Below are positions 50,474 to 63,051 of a stretch of DNA of 64,000 nt, piece after piece. The first letter of the stretch is position 1. The number at the start of each line of letters is the position of its first letter. Under the pieces are notes generated by a model. That model ran no database searches. It worked only from the letters and a program-made list of their open reading frames with translations, and was not told the DNA's origin. This DNA is from Macrostomum lignano. Its lineage: Eukaryota. Where the stretch lies: contig NIVC01003177.1 in assembly GCA_002269645.1 (NCBI GenBank), forward strand, positions 1 through 64,000. The letters run 5' to 3'. A program made the translations under genes and the position numbers.

Positions 50474-50500
50474 CTAGCTAGTTAGTTAGTTAGTTAGTTA
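50235..50500. repeat. (TTAG)n/(TCAG)n tetranucleotide microsatellite in LTA4H intron 2
   Basis: Read directly from the sequence. Confidence 0.95.
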
Positions 50501-50979
50501 GCTGTTGCATAGCTATTGCAATAGTCAGTTTCACACAAATACATGGTGTGCAGCCGTCCTGAGCTTCTCATTACAACCTGAGCTACCTATTGCAAACTGT
50601 GGCACCGTAACCGTGGCACGTAACAACAGGTGTGGCATATCATTTTTATCTATCTAACTAACTAACTAACAAAGAGAATAATAACAGTTATTCTCTAATA
50701 AAACACTTAAGCTTTAGTGAACTGTTGAAAAATTCAAGCAGATAAGAATTATAGAGTTAGCCCAGTTTCAGTAAGTTCTAGTCCAGTGTTGAAGCGAATC
50801 AACTTATGTGAAGTAAAGGCAGTTTTGTCTTATCGATCGCACTAAACTAACCTGTCTACAACTGCCTAAATAGCGATAACGAGTTACGAGCTGCAGTGCG
50901 CTCAACAAATCTATAAGCCTACTTGCGATAGTTTTTAGTAAGAAATTGCCATTTCCCAAATCAGCTAGGCAAACTAGAG

Positions 50980-52210
50980 ATCCTCTCATCTCCTCTCCTC
51001 TCTCCTTCCTCCCCTCCTCTCTCCTTCCTTCTCTCCTCTCTCCTTGCTCCTCTCCTCTCTCCTTCCTCCCATCCTCTCCCCTTCCTCCCATCCTCTCTCC
51101 TTCCTCCTCTCCTCTCTCCTTCCTCCTCTCCTCTCTCCTTCCTCCTCTCCTCTCTCCTTCCTCCTCTCATCTCTCCTTCCTCCCATCCTCTCCCCTTCCT
51201 CCCATCCTCTCTCCTTCCTCCTCTCCTCTCTCCTTCCTCCTCTCCTCTCTCCTTCCTCCCTTCTCTCTCCTTCCTCCTCTCCTCTCTCCTTCCTCCCATC
51301 CTCTCTCCTCCTCCTCTCTCTCTTCCTCCTCTCCTCTCTCCTTGCTCCTCTCCTCTCTCCTTCCTCCCATCCTCTCCCCTTCCTCCCATCCTCTCTCCTT
51401 CCTCCTCTCCTCTCTCCTTCCTCCTCTCCTCTCTCCTTCCTCCTCTCCTCTCTCCTTCCTCCTCTCCTCTCTCCTTCCTCCCCTTCTCTCTCCTTCCTCC
51501 TCTCCTCTCTCCTTCCTCCCATCCTCTCTCCTTCCTCCTCTCCTCTCTCCTTCCTCCTCTCCTCTCTCCTTGCTCCTCCCTCTCTCCTTCCTCCCATCCT
51601 CTCCCCTTCCTCCCATCCTCTCCCTTCCTCCCTCCTCTCTCCTTCCTCCTCTCCTCTCTCCTTCCTCCTCTCCTCTCTCCTTCCTCCCATCCTCTCTCCT
51701 TCCTCCCATCCTCTCTCCTTCCTCTCCTCCTCTCCTCTCCTCCCCCCTCCTCTCTCCTTCTCCTCTCCCCTTCCTCCCATCCTCTCATCTCTCCTTCCTC
51801 CCATCCTCTCCCCTTCCTCCCATCCTCTCTCCTTCCTCCTCTCTCTCTCCTTCCTCCCCTCCTCTCTCCTTCCTCCCCTCCTCTCTCCTTCCTCCTCTCC
51901 TCTCTCCTTCCTCCTCTCCTCTCTCCTTCCTCCTCTCCTCTCTCCTTCCTCCTCTCCTCTCTCCTTCCTCCTCTCCTCTCTCCTTCCTCCTCTCCTCTCT
52001 CCTTCCTCCCATCCTCTCTCCTTCCTCCCATCCTCTCCCTTCCTCCCCTACTTCCTCCTCTCCTCTCCCCTTCCTCCCCTCCTCTCTCCTTCCTCCCCTC
52101 CTCTCTTTCCTCCTCTCATTCCTGCCCTCCTTTCCTCTTTCTCCTTCCTCCTCTATTCTCTCCTCTATCCTTGCCTGTCCTGTTATGTCTCTTCTCCCTT
52201 TGTTTCTCTT
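50980..52210. repeat. Polypyrimidine (CT-rich) minisatellite in LTA4H intron 2
   Basis: ctcctctcctctctccttc-type units. Confidence 0.95.
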
Positions 52211-52359
52211 TCTCCTCCATCTCTCTGCAGTACCCAAATGCACAGAAATGTAATTCGTGACTGTATTTTGTGCAATCCCTTGGAGATACAGCAATGTTCT
52301 TTTTAATATTTAAGCTTTTCATAATGATAATAAAAATGATCGATATATGTCTGCCTCAC

Positions 52360-52523
52360 CTGCCAACTGAAGCTTGCCCAGGCAAAGCAATCTCTAGCCT
52401 AGATCCTTTAAAAGAGTCTGGTTGATGCAGCACAAACTTGAGCTCCTGAGATTTGGCATTTTCTTCTGTAGTGTTGGATAGAAGCTTTGCTGATTTTATG
52501 GACAAATCGCGAGTGTCCAAGCA
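52360..52523 (-). CDS. LTA4H: LTA4H exon 2
   Basis: CLDTRDLSIK..ELKFVLHQPDSFKGSRLEIALP ~ LDTKDLTI..YKGSPMEISLP. Acceptor ccttttag| and donor AG|gtgagg. Confidence 0.88.
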
Positions 52524-53196
52524 CTAAAAGGAAGTTTTTAAATAGAAAAAAACTGTTATTTACAAGATATATGCATACATAATTTAGGCTATTTTATGTT
52601 AGAGACAATTAAAAATAGCTTAATAATAAGTGTTAGAGCTTAGATAAACTCAGAATTAAGTTAAGTATTTGACTTTTTGTTGAAGGATGCCAAATTTTAG
52701 ATTTCGTTGAAAATTTAGTAGTACAAAAATTGGAATTATAACTATATAAAAACTTATTCCAACAATGCTTTATAATAACTTATTGTATTTAATTTAATTA
52801 GCCTACTAACAATCCAACTGGAAATACAATGAACCACAAGAAATATAAACTATCAACTAGTTATATTGTACACAAGCTATTATTTATTTTAAAATTTATG
52901 ATTTTAATGTAAACCTTGAAAATAAATATTTTAGGAACTATTTATTTTTGAAGCAATTGTTAGAAAAAAGCAATAATACCAAAGGACAATGAAGCTAAAG
53001 TTAAATGCCATTAACAACTTGAACTAAGAATGCAACTAATGGAAAGCAAAGGCAATATAACTTATATTATAATATAAGTAGCAAAAGATAAAAAACTGAG
53101 TTTTAGGCCTATATTATTTAATTTCTGTTGGATAACAAAAAGAAAATTTGTTGATTACTATTAGAAGCACAAAGCAGCACTTTGGTGTTTACTTAC

Positions 53197-53340
53197 AACA
53201 GTAGCAGTTTCTTCTACATTTTCAAGATGAAGAACTACATAACCAGAGATAGTCCTGGTATCAAAATTAATTGTCCAGTCAATGTCATGGTTCGCTGTTT
53301 TCCAGTTATTTAGATTCGATTGTGATGAATGATCGGTCAT
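53197..53340 (-). CDS. LTA4H: LTA4H exon 1 (48 codons)
   Basis: MTDHSSQSN..HDIDWTINFDTRTISGYVVL; donor GTT|gtaagt. All seven exons sum to 1869 nt (622 aa plus stop) with consistent phases. Confidence 0.85.
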
Positions 53341-53894
53341 TATTATTTTTTAAGTAAATTAGGAAACAATTGCGGGTATCAAGATGCAGGGAAATGTTTT
53401 TAAAACATCAATCTACTAACAACACAGTGCACACGACGGCAATCCGTAAGAACAATGTACTTAACTTTTTTCGTCTCAAAAACGACACATCGTGTCCGAA
53501 ATCAAATTTGTGCGATGACATGATAGCGATCTAAGAACGCAAAAAATATAACGACCTTCTAAACCCAGACCGACGAACAATTACTGCGATTACACTGCAC
53601 CACTACCATTGATTAGAAACCTTAAATAGCAGCTGAATATGAATAAGAATATAAAAATTCATTATGAATATATGATGACTTGATGTTGTGAGTTTGGTTT
53701 GGCGGTTTTGGGGTGGGCCTGTGCTGTGGGTTGGGGCACGCTCATATTTGCCTATGTCTTTATTGATCGAAATGTATGCGCGTACTTTGTGCGTGACTAA
53801 TATCAAAATATGTATATCGACTAATTTTGGCTTTTGAGCCCTCGTGTATTTTGTTATCGTCCACCAAATATTGCAGTAGTTGACTCTGTTTAAG

Positions 53895-56800
53895 TGGCGA
53901 CGAAGCTACGAATGAGTCTTATAGGCTCAATAGGACCCTTTGAAGAGGGCACGGAGACCTGGCAGCAATACCAGGAGCGTTTAGAGCAGTTTTTCGCTGC
54001 AAATTAAATCAGCAATGAAAAGAGACGAGCCGTGCTGCTGAGCATCTGTGGCAGGGACACCTACCAGCTGATATCACCTGCTGTCACCGGGACTGCCGAA
54101 GGACACAACTACGACGCCATCTGTGCTAAGCTGAAGGAGCATTTTGATCCAACCCCACGAGAGATTTTACGGCGATTTAGGTTCTACAGCAGAAGCCGTC
54201 AGGCAGGCGAGTCGGTGGCAGAGTTCTTGGCTGAGCTCGGGACTGCAATTTCGGCGTTGGCCTCAGCTGCAGCATGCTCTGCAGGGACCGGCTAGTCCTA
54301 GGGATCAGTGATGATTCCATTATCGGAGGCTCTTCACAGAGAAGGAGCTCTCGCTGGACATGGCGGTGTCGCTGGCACAGGCGCACGAGTCAGCCGCTCA
54401 AGGCAACCTGCTGGTAGCTAAGGCGCCGGCTCTGACACGGTGCACGCTCTTCACCATTCTGCCCGGCGAGAGGCGGCCAGTGGGTCGCCAGCGAAGCGTT
54501 GCTACCGATGCCTGTGTCCCAGCGCCACCTGGCTGCCAAGTTCCCGTTCATCAATAGTAGGTGTTACGCATGCTCGAAAACCGGACATATCGCTGCTGCG
54601 TGCAAGGCAGCGCCGCCTGCTCAACGGGATGAGAGATCGGCTGGGCCTCAGCGAGCTTCGAATCATCACGTCGACTTGACCGTCCAAGAGCTGCAGTCGG
54701 AGGAGGCAGATGAGGAAGCTTTCTCGCTGCACGTGATGGCCGCCGCCGTACGCGGCAAGATTCCCCCAATCAAGACCACCATCGACATCGACGGCACGCC
54801 AGTCTTCATGGAGGTCGATACTGGGGCGTCTGTGTCACTCATCTCTGCGAAGACCTATAACGAAGTACTGCGAGGATGTCCCAAACTCGAGCGAATCAAC
54901 ACGCAGCTGCGGACGTACTCCGGAGAGCTGGTGTACCCGTCCTCGGCCAACTTCGAGTTTGCGCGCAGACCGAGGTCGCCAGCAAGGTGCTGCCGCTGCT
55001 CGTGATCGACGTTGCCGGCTCGAATCTGGTTGGCCACGACTGGCTGGCCGAACTTCCGCTGGACTTGCGCTAGGCAGATGCAACAGCATCCGTCAGGGCA
55101 ACCAGGACTCAAGAGCCTGCTGGACAAGTACGCCGAAGTCTTCGAACCGGGCCTTGGTCGATACACGGGGCCCTCGGCGCGGCCGAGGTTCTTCAAGGCC
55201 AGAAACGTCCCCGCTTGCTCTGAAGGAGAAGGTCGAGGCACAACTCAAAAAAGAGATCAAACAGGGAGTGCTGAAGCCAGTGAGCAGCTCGGACTACGCG
55301 TCTCCGTTCGTACCCGTTTTAAAGACAGATGGCTCAGTCCGCATATGTGCCGATTTTAAACAAACGGTGAACATCGACGTCCAGCCTGACACGTACCCGG
55401 TGTGGAGGATCGAGGAGCTCTTCGCAAAACTGGCTGGCGGAAAGAAATTTACCTCGCTTGACTTGTCGCAAGCGTACTCGCAGCTGCCTCTGGACGAGGC
55501 CTCGCAAGAACTCTGCACCATCAACACCAGCAAGGGGCTGCTGCGGTACACGAGAATGCCGTTCGGAGTCGCTCCCGCTGTCGGCATTTTCCAGCGCCAG
55601 ATGGACTGCCTCCTGCAGGGCATTCCCCACGTCACCTGCTTTGTTGACGACCTGCTGGTTACCGGTGTGGATGATGACAGCCACCTGAAGACGCTGGAGC
55701 AGGTCCTTGGGCGACTGCAGCAGAGCGGCCTCCGGTGCGGACAAGTGCAGTTTTATGCAGCAGAGCATCAGCTACCTCGGGCACCGAATCGACGCCGAAG
55801 GGCTGCACCCTCTCCAGGACAAGGTTCGGGCGATCCAGGATGCGCCACCGCCCCGCGACCAGACGCAGCGGCGCAGCTTCCTCGGGCTGGTAAACTATTA
55901 CGGCAAGTTCATGCCCAATCTGTCAACTGAACTGGCGCCGCTGAACCAGCTGCTGAACAAGGTCGCCCCCTGGCGATGGGAAGTTGTGCAGGACGAAGCG
56001 TTTCGCAGATACATACAAGTCGCTACTCAGCCAGGCACCGGTGCTCGCGCACTTCGACCGTCAGAAGCCGTTGGTGCTCGAGTGCGACGCCTCGCCTTAC
56101 GGCATCGGCGCCGTCATCAGCCACCGAATCGACGGAGTCGACAGACCGATCGCCTTCACCTCTCGCACGCTACATGAAGCAGAGACCCGATACTCACAGC
56201 TCGATAAGGAGGCCCGCTCGCGATCATCTACGGAGTTAAGAAATTCCACATGTACCTGTACGGCCGAGACTTCACGCTGGTGAGCGACCACAAGCCGCTG
56301 CTCGGGCTGCTGCACCAGTCCAAGCCGATACCAGCACTGGCTTCTGGCAGAATCCAGCGGTGGGCGCTTCTCCTGGCCGGCTACCAGTACTCCATGGTCC
56401 ACCGAGCGGGCAATCCAGCGGTGGGCGCTGCTCCTGGCCGGCTACCAGTACTCCATCGTCCACCGAGCGGGCAAGTCGTTGCTCCGAGCCGATGCGCTGA
56501 GTCGGCTGCCGCTGCCGGAGAAGCCGAAGGAAGTGCTAACTCCAGATGAAGTCGTCCTACTCATGGACTTCCTGAACGAGGGACGGCTCGGCACATCCGG
56601 ACGTGGACTCGGACAGACCCGGACAATTGTCCCGAGTTCTGCAGTTTCACCGAAACTGGCTTCTGGCCGGAACGGCCGTCGCCTGAGCTGCAGCCGTACT
56701 GCACGCGGCGACCAGCCGCTCGATTGCCTCGTCCAGCTTGGACCACCAGAAAACGCTTCGAGCCAGCGCCTTTATTTTCGTGGCGCCCTGGTGCCCCTGG

Positions 56801-57360
56801 TGCAGACAGTGCAGCAGCGCCTCCCGACCGGCCTCAGGAACTACGACTCGGCAGCCCCAGAGCAGACAGCCGTCTTGGGTGCTCAGCTGGTCGCCGCGTG
56901 CACCGAGTGCCAGGAGATGCAGAAGTCGCCAGGTCCGTTTCCACTGCAGCCTTGGGCGTGGCCAGACAAGCCGTGGTCGCGCCTGCACATTGACTACGCC
57001 GGGCCGGTCCAGGGCCGAATGTTGCTCGTTGTCGTGGACGCCCACTCCAAGTGGATGGACGTACATGTGATGCCTTCGACGTCGTCGACTGCGACTATCG
57101 AGAAACTGCGGTCGAGTTTCGCAACTCACGGTCTGCCGGACTTGATCGTCTCCGACAACGGTCCGAACCTGGTCAGCGCGGAGATGGAGACATTCCTGAG
57201 CAAGAAAAGCATCCGGCACGTGCGCACGTCACCGTATCACCCGGCGTCCAACGGCCAAGCAGAGCGACCAGTTCAGACTCTGAAGCGTTCGCTGGCCAAG
57301 CAGCAAAGCGGCTCCCTGGAAGAGCGAGTCTCCCGGTTCCTCCTGACGTACCGAGTGTAG
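53895..57360 (+). mobile_element. Decayed Ty3/gypsy LTR retrotransposon (Mag-like), gag-pol with many frameshifts, 3' truncated
   Basis: PBS-like TGGCGACGA at 53895; gag ATG at 53912 (IGPFEEGTETWQQYQERLEQFF); zinc knuckle CYACSKTGHIAAAC; protease VDTGAS; RT FVDDLL; RNase H CDASPYGIGAV/DHKPL; integrase HIDYAGP/SDNGP/NGQAER. No 3' LTR seen. Confidence 0.93.
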
Positions 57361-57793
57361 AGTATTTCATCTACTTTAAAAATCTATAAAAATTGTTAAC
57401 ATGCTACTTATACAGTAGTATAGCAAAGGCACGTACAAAAATAAGTATTGAACCATGGCTACATTTGTATTAACCAATCAGAAATGCGAAAAGTTGGTTG
57501 TTATTTTTAGTAACCAACCAATCACTCGTGACCCACAATTGTCAAGTTAAATCCCATTTGCGATTCATCATTGGCCACGTGCAACCTACGTTTGTCTGTT
57601 CAAACCCCACCTACGATTCGTCATCGTCTTCTGAATTCTAAGGCCCGAAGCTATAGGCTTAAAAAGGCCGAACCCATCATTAATGAAAAATTATAAATTC
57701 CCATTGCTCATTAATTAATTAACTTTCATTTATATCATTTATTCAGGCTCTCTTGACTGGCGCTGACAAACAGCTGGTGGCTGACCGCCTGTA

Positions 57794-57982
57794 CAGTGGC
57801 GTAGCCAGGATTTCCTTCTGGAGGGGGGGGGGGGTCACAGTCAGTCACAGGCTCACAGCGGCAACCGGGGGCAGGCGGTGCTAGGCCTCTGCGACGGCGG
57901 AGGGGGCCTGAAAATTTGGCCCGGATCAGCCGGCTGGGGGAGTCATGACCCCCATGACCCCCCCACCTTGGCTACGCCCCTG
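57794..57982. mobile_element. Small hAT-like MITE
   Basis: TIR cagtggcgtagcca / tggctacgcccctg; no clear TSD. Confidence 0.7.
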
Positions 57983-58684
57983 CCATACTGCGGGAAGCGA
58001 CGTGCGCATAAAGGCAATCGAAACGTCGACTAGGTAATTAGAATTTAAAAAGATAATTTTTTCACTAGCCTTTACGAAAATTAGCTAATTATTGTTATAT
58101 TGATCTTAGAAAGAAAATAAAAATGCCGTCAAATTTTCTGCCTAATTTAGGTTGCCACAGGCGCGAAACCGGCTGAGGCTAGCCGCCGCCGTCCGCTGAG
58201 CGATGCCGCAGCCTCTGGCGGTGGCGGCGAGAATCCGACCATGCAGAAAGTACGATCGAGCAGGGCGATTTAATTTGTGCTTACTGGCCAAACGGCAAAG
58301 AAAGTTGGTGGCCAGCCATGGTTTGCCTGCCACCTAGAGGAGAAAAATCTCGCCGAAGTGGCCTGCACGTGCAATTTTTTGGCAAGCCGCCAACGCGGGG
58401 CTGGATTTTCAACTGGCGGCAGTTCGACGCTCAAGCGACGATCACGGGCGACAGCAAGTCCTTTAAGATGCCCCTAAGCAGGCAATCTCGGCTGCGAATC
58501 TTCCAAAAAGGCAGGAAAGTCTCGAAAAAGATTTATGAGGCCTTCATTGCCGTCTGTGCATATACATTTAAAGAACATTATTAACATTTTTATAATCCTG
58601 TATCTATATAATTCTATAATCCTACATTCTTTATATCCTTATATCTTTATTACATCATATCCTTTTGTTCTTTGTCCATTTGTG

Positions 58685-58920
58685 TCATTTGTCCAACCAG
58701 AGGGTCATCTGTCCAGTTCGTGTCATTCCTTTATCTGCTTAGTGCCATTTGTCCAACCAGAGGGTCATCTGTCCAGTTCGTGTCATTCCTTTATCTGCTT
58801 AGTGCCATTTGTCCAACCAGAGGGTCATCTGTCCAGTTCGTGTCATTACTTTATCTGCGTATAGTGTCGTCATTTGTCCAACCAGAGGGTCATCTATAAG
58901 AGCGTCATCTGTCCAGTTCA
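58685..58920. repeat. 60-bp tandem repeat, about 3.5 copies
   Basis: The lines at 58741 and 58801 are nearly identical. Confidence 0.95.
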
Positions 58921-59379
58921 TGTCATTTCCTGATCCATAGGAGCACCCCAGTGACTGTCTCAAAGAAGTCCGATAGTGCGGTGTTGAAACAGCAGCTTTA
59001 GTATCGCGGTACATGATCGCCATAATGTCAGAGACAAGTTGCTTTGGCAAAAATACATACATAGCTATGCTTTAAAATTAATGTAATTCCAGTCATTTCG
59101 ATGCATTTTTTACATCTATCTATCTATCTATTTTCAATTTTACACTGTCAAAAAAATTATTAAAATTGAGCACAAAGGGCAACTGCGATAGGATTCGATC
59201 TGGCTTAATAAAGGTGGCTCTCTCATTGATTGATTGAGTGCTGCTCTCGAAAACGAATGGTGGCTGCTTGCATAATTTCGCCTGAGTGCTCCCGCAAGCG
59301 CGAAAAATTAATTTAATTACCCCGCCGAGAAAACGCTTTCTTCATCACAGCGTTTTCATCTATATTTCATCTATAGATA

Positions 59380-59580
<201 letters not shown>

Positions 59581-60522
59581 AACGAATCAAAAGTTCAACT
59601 CTATCTGACAAGCACTTTATACCCCTGATATCTACAGCAGACTGACTAACTAGATTTGCAGCTTTTCTTCCTGAATGTACTTGAGAGATGCAACAAGATC
59701 TAGCATCAGTTTTTTTTCTTTTTCGCATCTATCAGTCACAGAAATATTTATAAGCCAATTATTCTTCCATCAAAATCCTTAGCAAACCCATGAAGCATCA
59801 TGCATTCGATGCCAGTCACAACCCAAATGCACTGGAGAGTCGCGCTCTCGATTCTCTCCAAAAACGCATGAATTCTAAATATCGAACGCACATTTCGGTG
59901 TACAGAGAAGCCACCTTTCACGCAGCCGTCTCTGCATTCGTGTCTCCCAAAAATCCTCCGAGAACCTCTCCCATCCATCCAGAGCAGCAATGCCCCGCAC
60001 TCCAATGGAGGCAGGGCTTGGAGGCATGAAAAAGCATGGCTTGGGGATAAAAAACAGAGCGAGAGAAATTCGCTAGCCAGAAGGATTTCACGCGGTTCTT
60101 TATTTCCTTGGCTCCTAATTGCACCTCGCAAGTTTAATTCATTGTTTTAATAAGGTAAGGCATTGTTTACTGTAAACCTTTGTTTTCTTTAATTAGACTA
60201 ATTATTACTAAAATTAATATACTAATATGGTAAATTCAAAATTACATTTTCACTTATGAGGCATAGTATTATTGTCACGAGACAATTAATTGGCATCCAA
60301 TTAACTTCCTCAGACTTTTGTTAGTGTACACCAACTCTGCTTTGTAAGCATTGGCTTAGTTCTTTAAAATATGGAAAGAAAACCATATCGACCAAATATT
60401 TAGACTGCTACATGTGATTCCGGATTAAGCTACTTAGTTCAGTTAGTAGTATACACGAGTTTTGAATTGTATCGAGTATAATTTTGTCGCTCTTTGCATT
60501 TAATCGTCATGCAGCAGTTACC

Positions 60523-60810
60523 ATGGCGACACTCCTGCTAGCATCCGGGATTCTGCTAACGCTCCTGTTGCCGTTGGCCAGTGCAGCACCCCTGCCAGAA
60601 ACGTTGGCAATAATTCGACGCACAAGTTTAAACGAGCTGAGCAGCGACATCGAGCTGCTCAACCGGATGGAGCAGCAGAGGCGACTCCGGCAGCAGTCCG
60701 AGGCGCCCGTGCCGTTCTTTTTCATGCTGAAACGCCGACCTGGTCAGCGTACATTGATTGGCCTGAGCAGCGACTACGACTGGCTAAACGACAATTCCAT
60801 CGGTCGATGA
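60523..60810 (+). CDS. Secreted neuropeptide prohormone (95 aa)
   Basis: accATGG start after an acceptor-like tgcag|. Hydrophobic signal peptide ending ASA|AP, dibasic RR and KR sites, C-terminal Gly-Arg-stop amidation signal. Confidence 0.8.
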   Translation: MATLLLASGILLTLLLPLASAAPLPETLAIIRRTSLNELSSDIELLNRMEQQRRLRQQSEAPVPFFFMLKRRPGQRTLIGLSSDYDWLNDNSIGR

Positions 60811-61644
60811 TTTGGCGCATTGGCTCGATGCCAATTCTCAGCGTGAATAACTGAATTGTAGAAGGGAGCTGCGCTTGATTTTCTTAGAAATAGGTCGGAA
60901 GCCGGTAAGGAACGTGTGTTTGTCGTATTGGTATAGCCAGTGCATTTAGTATGGGGTCGCTATATCGCATAGCGCTGAATGGGGTTCTGCCATAGACAAT
61001 GCGATTTGAGTTGCGACAAATTATACGTTTCTTACCGTGCCACCAGCCCATTTTCTGTATACGCTCGCGAGTACATTCTCCTCCTTTTCCCAGTGTGGCT
61101 ATGGAAAATGTTTGTCAACTGATGAAAATCATTTCGAGCAATAAATTAGAAAAACTGAATTGAACATTTGAATTATATTTATCTATCGAAAGTATCAATG
61201 GTTTTTTGACGCATGTTATTATTTGCTAAAGTGAATCAACCGTTAAATCCTTTAATAGCGATTTAAATATTTGAAGCGAAGACGTACCCAATTTTTTGTT
61301 AAAATGACAGATAACTTACTCCAGCAAATTTTTAAAACAATTAAGGTATATTCATTTTTTGAACGAAAGAGATTTTTTCGTCAGTAAAAAATCTTATTTT
61401 ATCACTTGTAGTAGATAAAGCGAGGATACTGTGTACTTTAAAACTGACAAAGCGATAAGACATAAACAAAAACCAAAAGAATTTGAAGAGAAGTGTTTTT
61501 TAACGGTTTTGAACACAGAGACGTCAGAGCAACGTTTATTAATGTGTCAGTAGCCTCACTATTAACCAATGAATAACCTTTGACTGTGGGAGCTGTTCCC
61601 GCATGCCTATTATTTCTGTGGCTGTCTGGTGCACCTTTATTAGC

Positions 61645-61800
61645 TGCCTGATGCCCCCTCTGTAGCTGCCTGATGCCCCCTCTGTAGCTGCCTGATGCCC
61701 CCTCTGTAGCTGCCTGATGCCCCCTCTGTAGCTAAGCTGATGCCCCCTCTGTAGCTGCCTGATGCCCCCTCTGTAGCTGCCTGATGACCCCTCTGTAGCT
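61645..61800. repeat. 22-bp tandem repeat (CTGATGCCCCCTCTGTAGCTGC), about 7 copies
   Basis: Read directly from the sequence. Confidence 0.92.
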
Positions 61801-61896
61801 GTCGCCCGTCCCATCTTGCAGATCATCAGTGAGGAAAAGTCTCAAAGAAAGTGAGAGAGGAGAATTCTCGCAGATCCCATACTTCAGTTTCACAGT

Positions 61897-62181
61897 TCAT
61901 TCTAGCGTCAGGACGGGCTCCGGCTCCGGAACGGCTGTTTGCTTTGGAGCGGCGCCGGTGTTCGTTGTTTGACCGTTGCCAGCCAATCGATTGCGACATC
62001 GGCCGAACAGGCTACGCAGCTCGCGTCGGAAATTCTCGTTCAGCAGGCCGTACAGCAGCGGGTGAGCGCAGGCGGCAACGTGCACTGACAGCAGGCAGAG
62101 ACCCTGGGCTGCCGTCGTTGACAGAAGGGACTCGTCCGATACATCCGACTGGGGATCGTTGGCCAGTAGAGGGTCGGACAC
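61897..62181 (-). CDS. Rhodopsin-type neuropeptide GPCR, last exon (TM7 and tail)
   Basis: Acceptor gtcacag|GTG. CAHPLLYGLLNENFRRE resembles the NPY/NPF/PrRP receptor TM7-helix 8. Confidence 0.85.
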   Translation of the reverse strand: MSDPLLANDPQSDVSDESLLSTTAAQGLCLLSVHVAACAHPLLYGLLNENFRRELRSLFGRCRNRLAGNGQTTNTGAAPKQTAVPEPEPVLTLE

Positions 62182-62639
62182 CTGTGACCGGGGTTATTAA
62201 CGGAGTTAATTAATTAGTTAACTACCTGTGAAATTTCAAGCTTGTGTGAAGCTTTTGGCATTTGAAAGTGAACAAAGTTTTTAGTTTTAGATGATATAAA
62301 ACTAGAGGCAACAAACAAAGGAATGAACACTTTGAACATACTACATGAAGGCTTTGACCTTGTACAGTCACTATTATTATTTTTCCAAGTAAAAATTTTG
62401 CTTAAACCAAAAAAGCATTCGCCCTAGAAGTCAGCTATCTAACCTAAGCTATCAGCACCCCTATGAGTTTCGGTTCAAAGCACCTGAGCAACCCCCCATG
62501 AGCCTTGACATCTCAGCAATTCGCCTAATAAGCGAACGATCGGTAGCGAGCAGTTGCATGCGCGCCCATTATCTCCTGGTTTCTATACAACTAAATCAAC
62601 ATTAAATGCGACTTTGAGAACATCTTTTAAGATCCGCAA

Positions 62640-62975
62640 AGCTAGTTGAAGAACCAGCAAGCTTCCGAGCAGCTCCAGACACAGGTTAGACCCCATCGGG
62701 GCTGCCACCGGTGCTGGACTGTCAGGCGTGGGGTGGAAGGTTCGCTGGCTACGGACACGAACGCTGGAATTACGGGTCAGCTGGGAGTGATCCTAGTGGA
62801 CCTGGTGGCAGGCTCGCCTACATGCCCTCAACCCACTCGCGTCTTGACGTGACGGCGCCTGTCCGGTGGCGGGCGGGACAATGACAGGTGGCTGTGCCAT
62901 GTTGCAGCCAGACTGTTCCCGTAGGTCCAATGACCAGGTGACCCAGCTGGGCAGTCAATAACAACAACAACAAAA
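62640..62975 (+). mobile_element. Probable LINE 3' remnant in the GPCR intron
   Basis: GC-rich island ending in an (AAC)n tail; no intact motif. Confidence 0.35.
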
Positions 62976-63051
62976 ATGCTACTTCAGACACATTGATATC
63001 AGACTAATATTTCAGTCCAAGCTAACAAAAATCCAGCTAGCATTAACAAAC

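Noticed and set aside
50946-52306. Long L/S/P- or E/R/G-rich ORFs
   Set aside because: Low-complexity polypyrimidine tract inside LTA4H intron 2.
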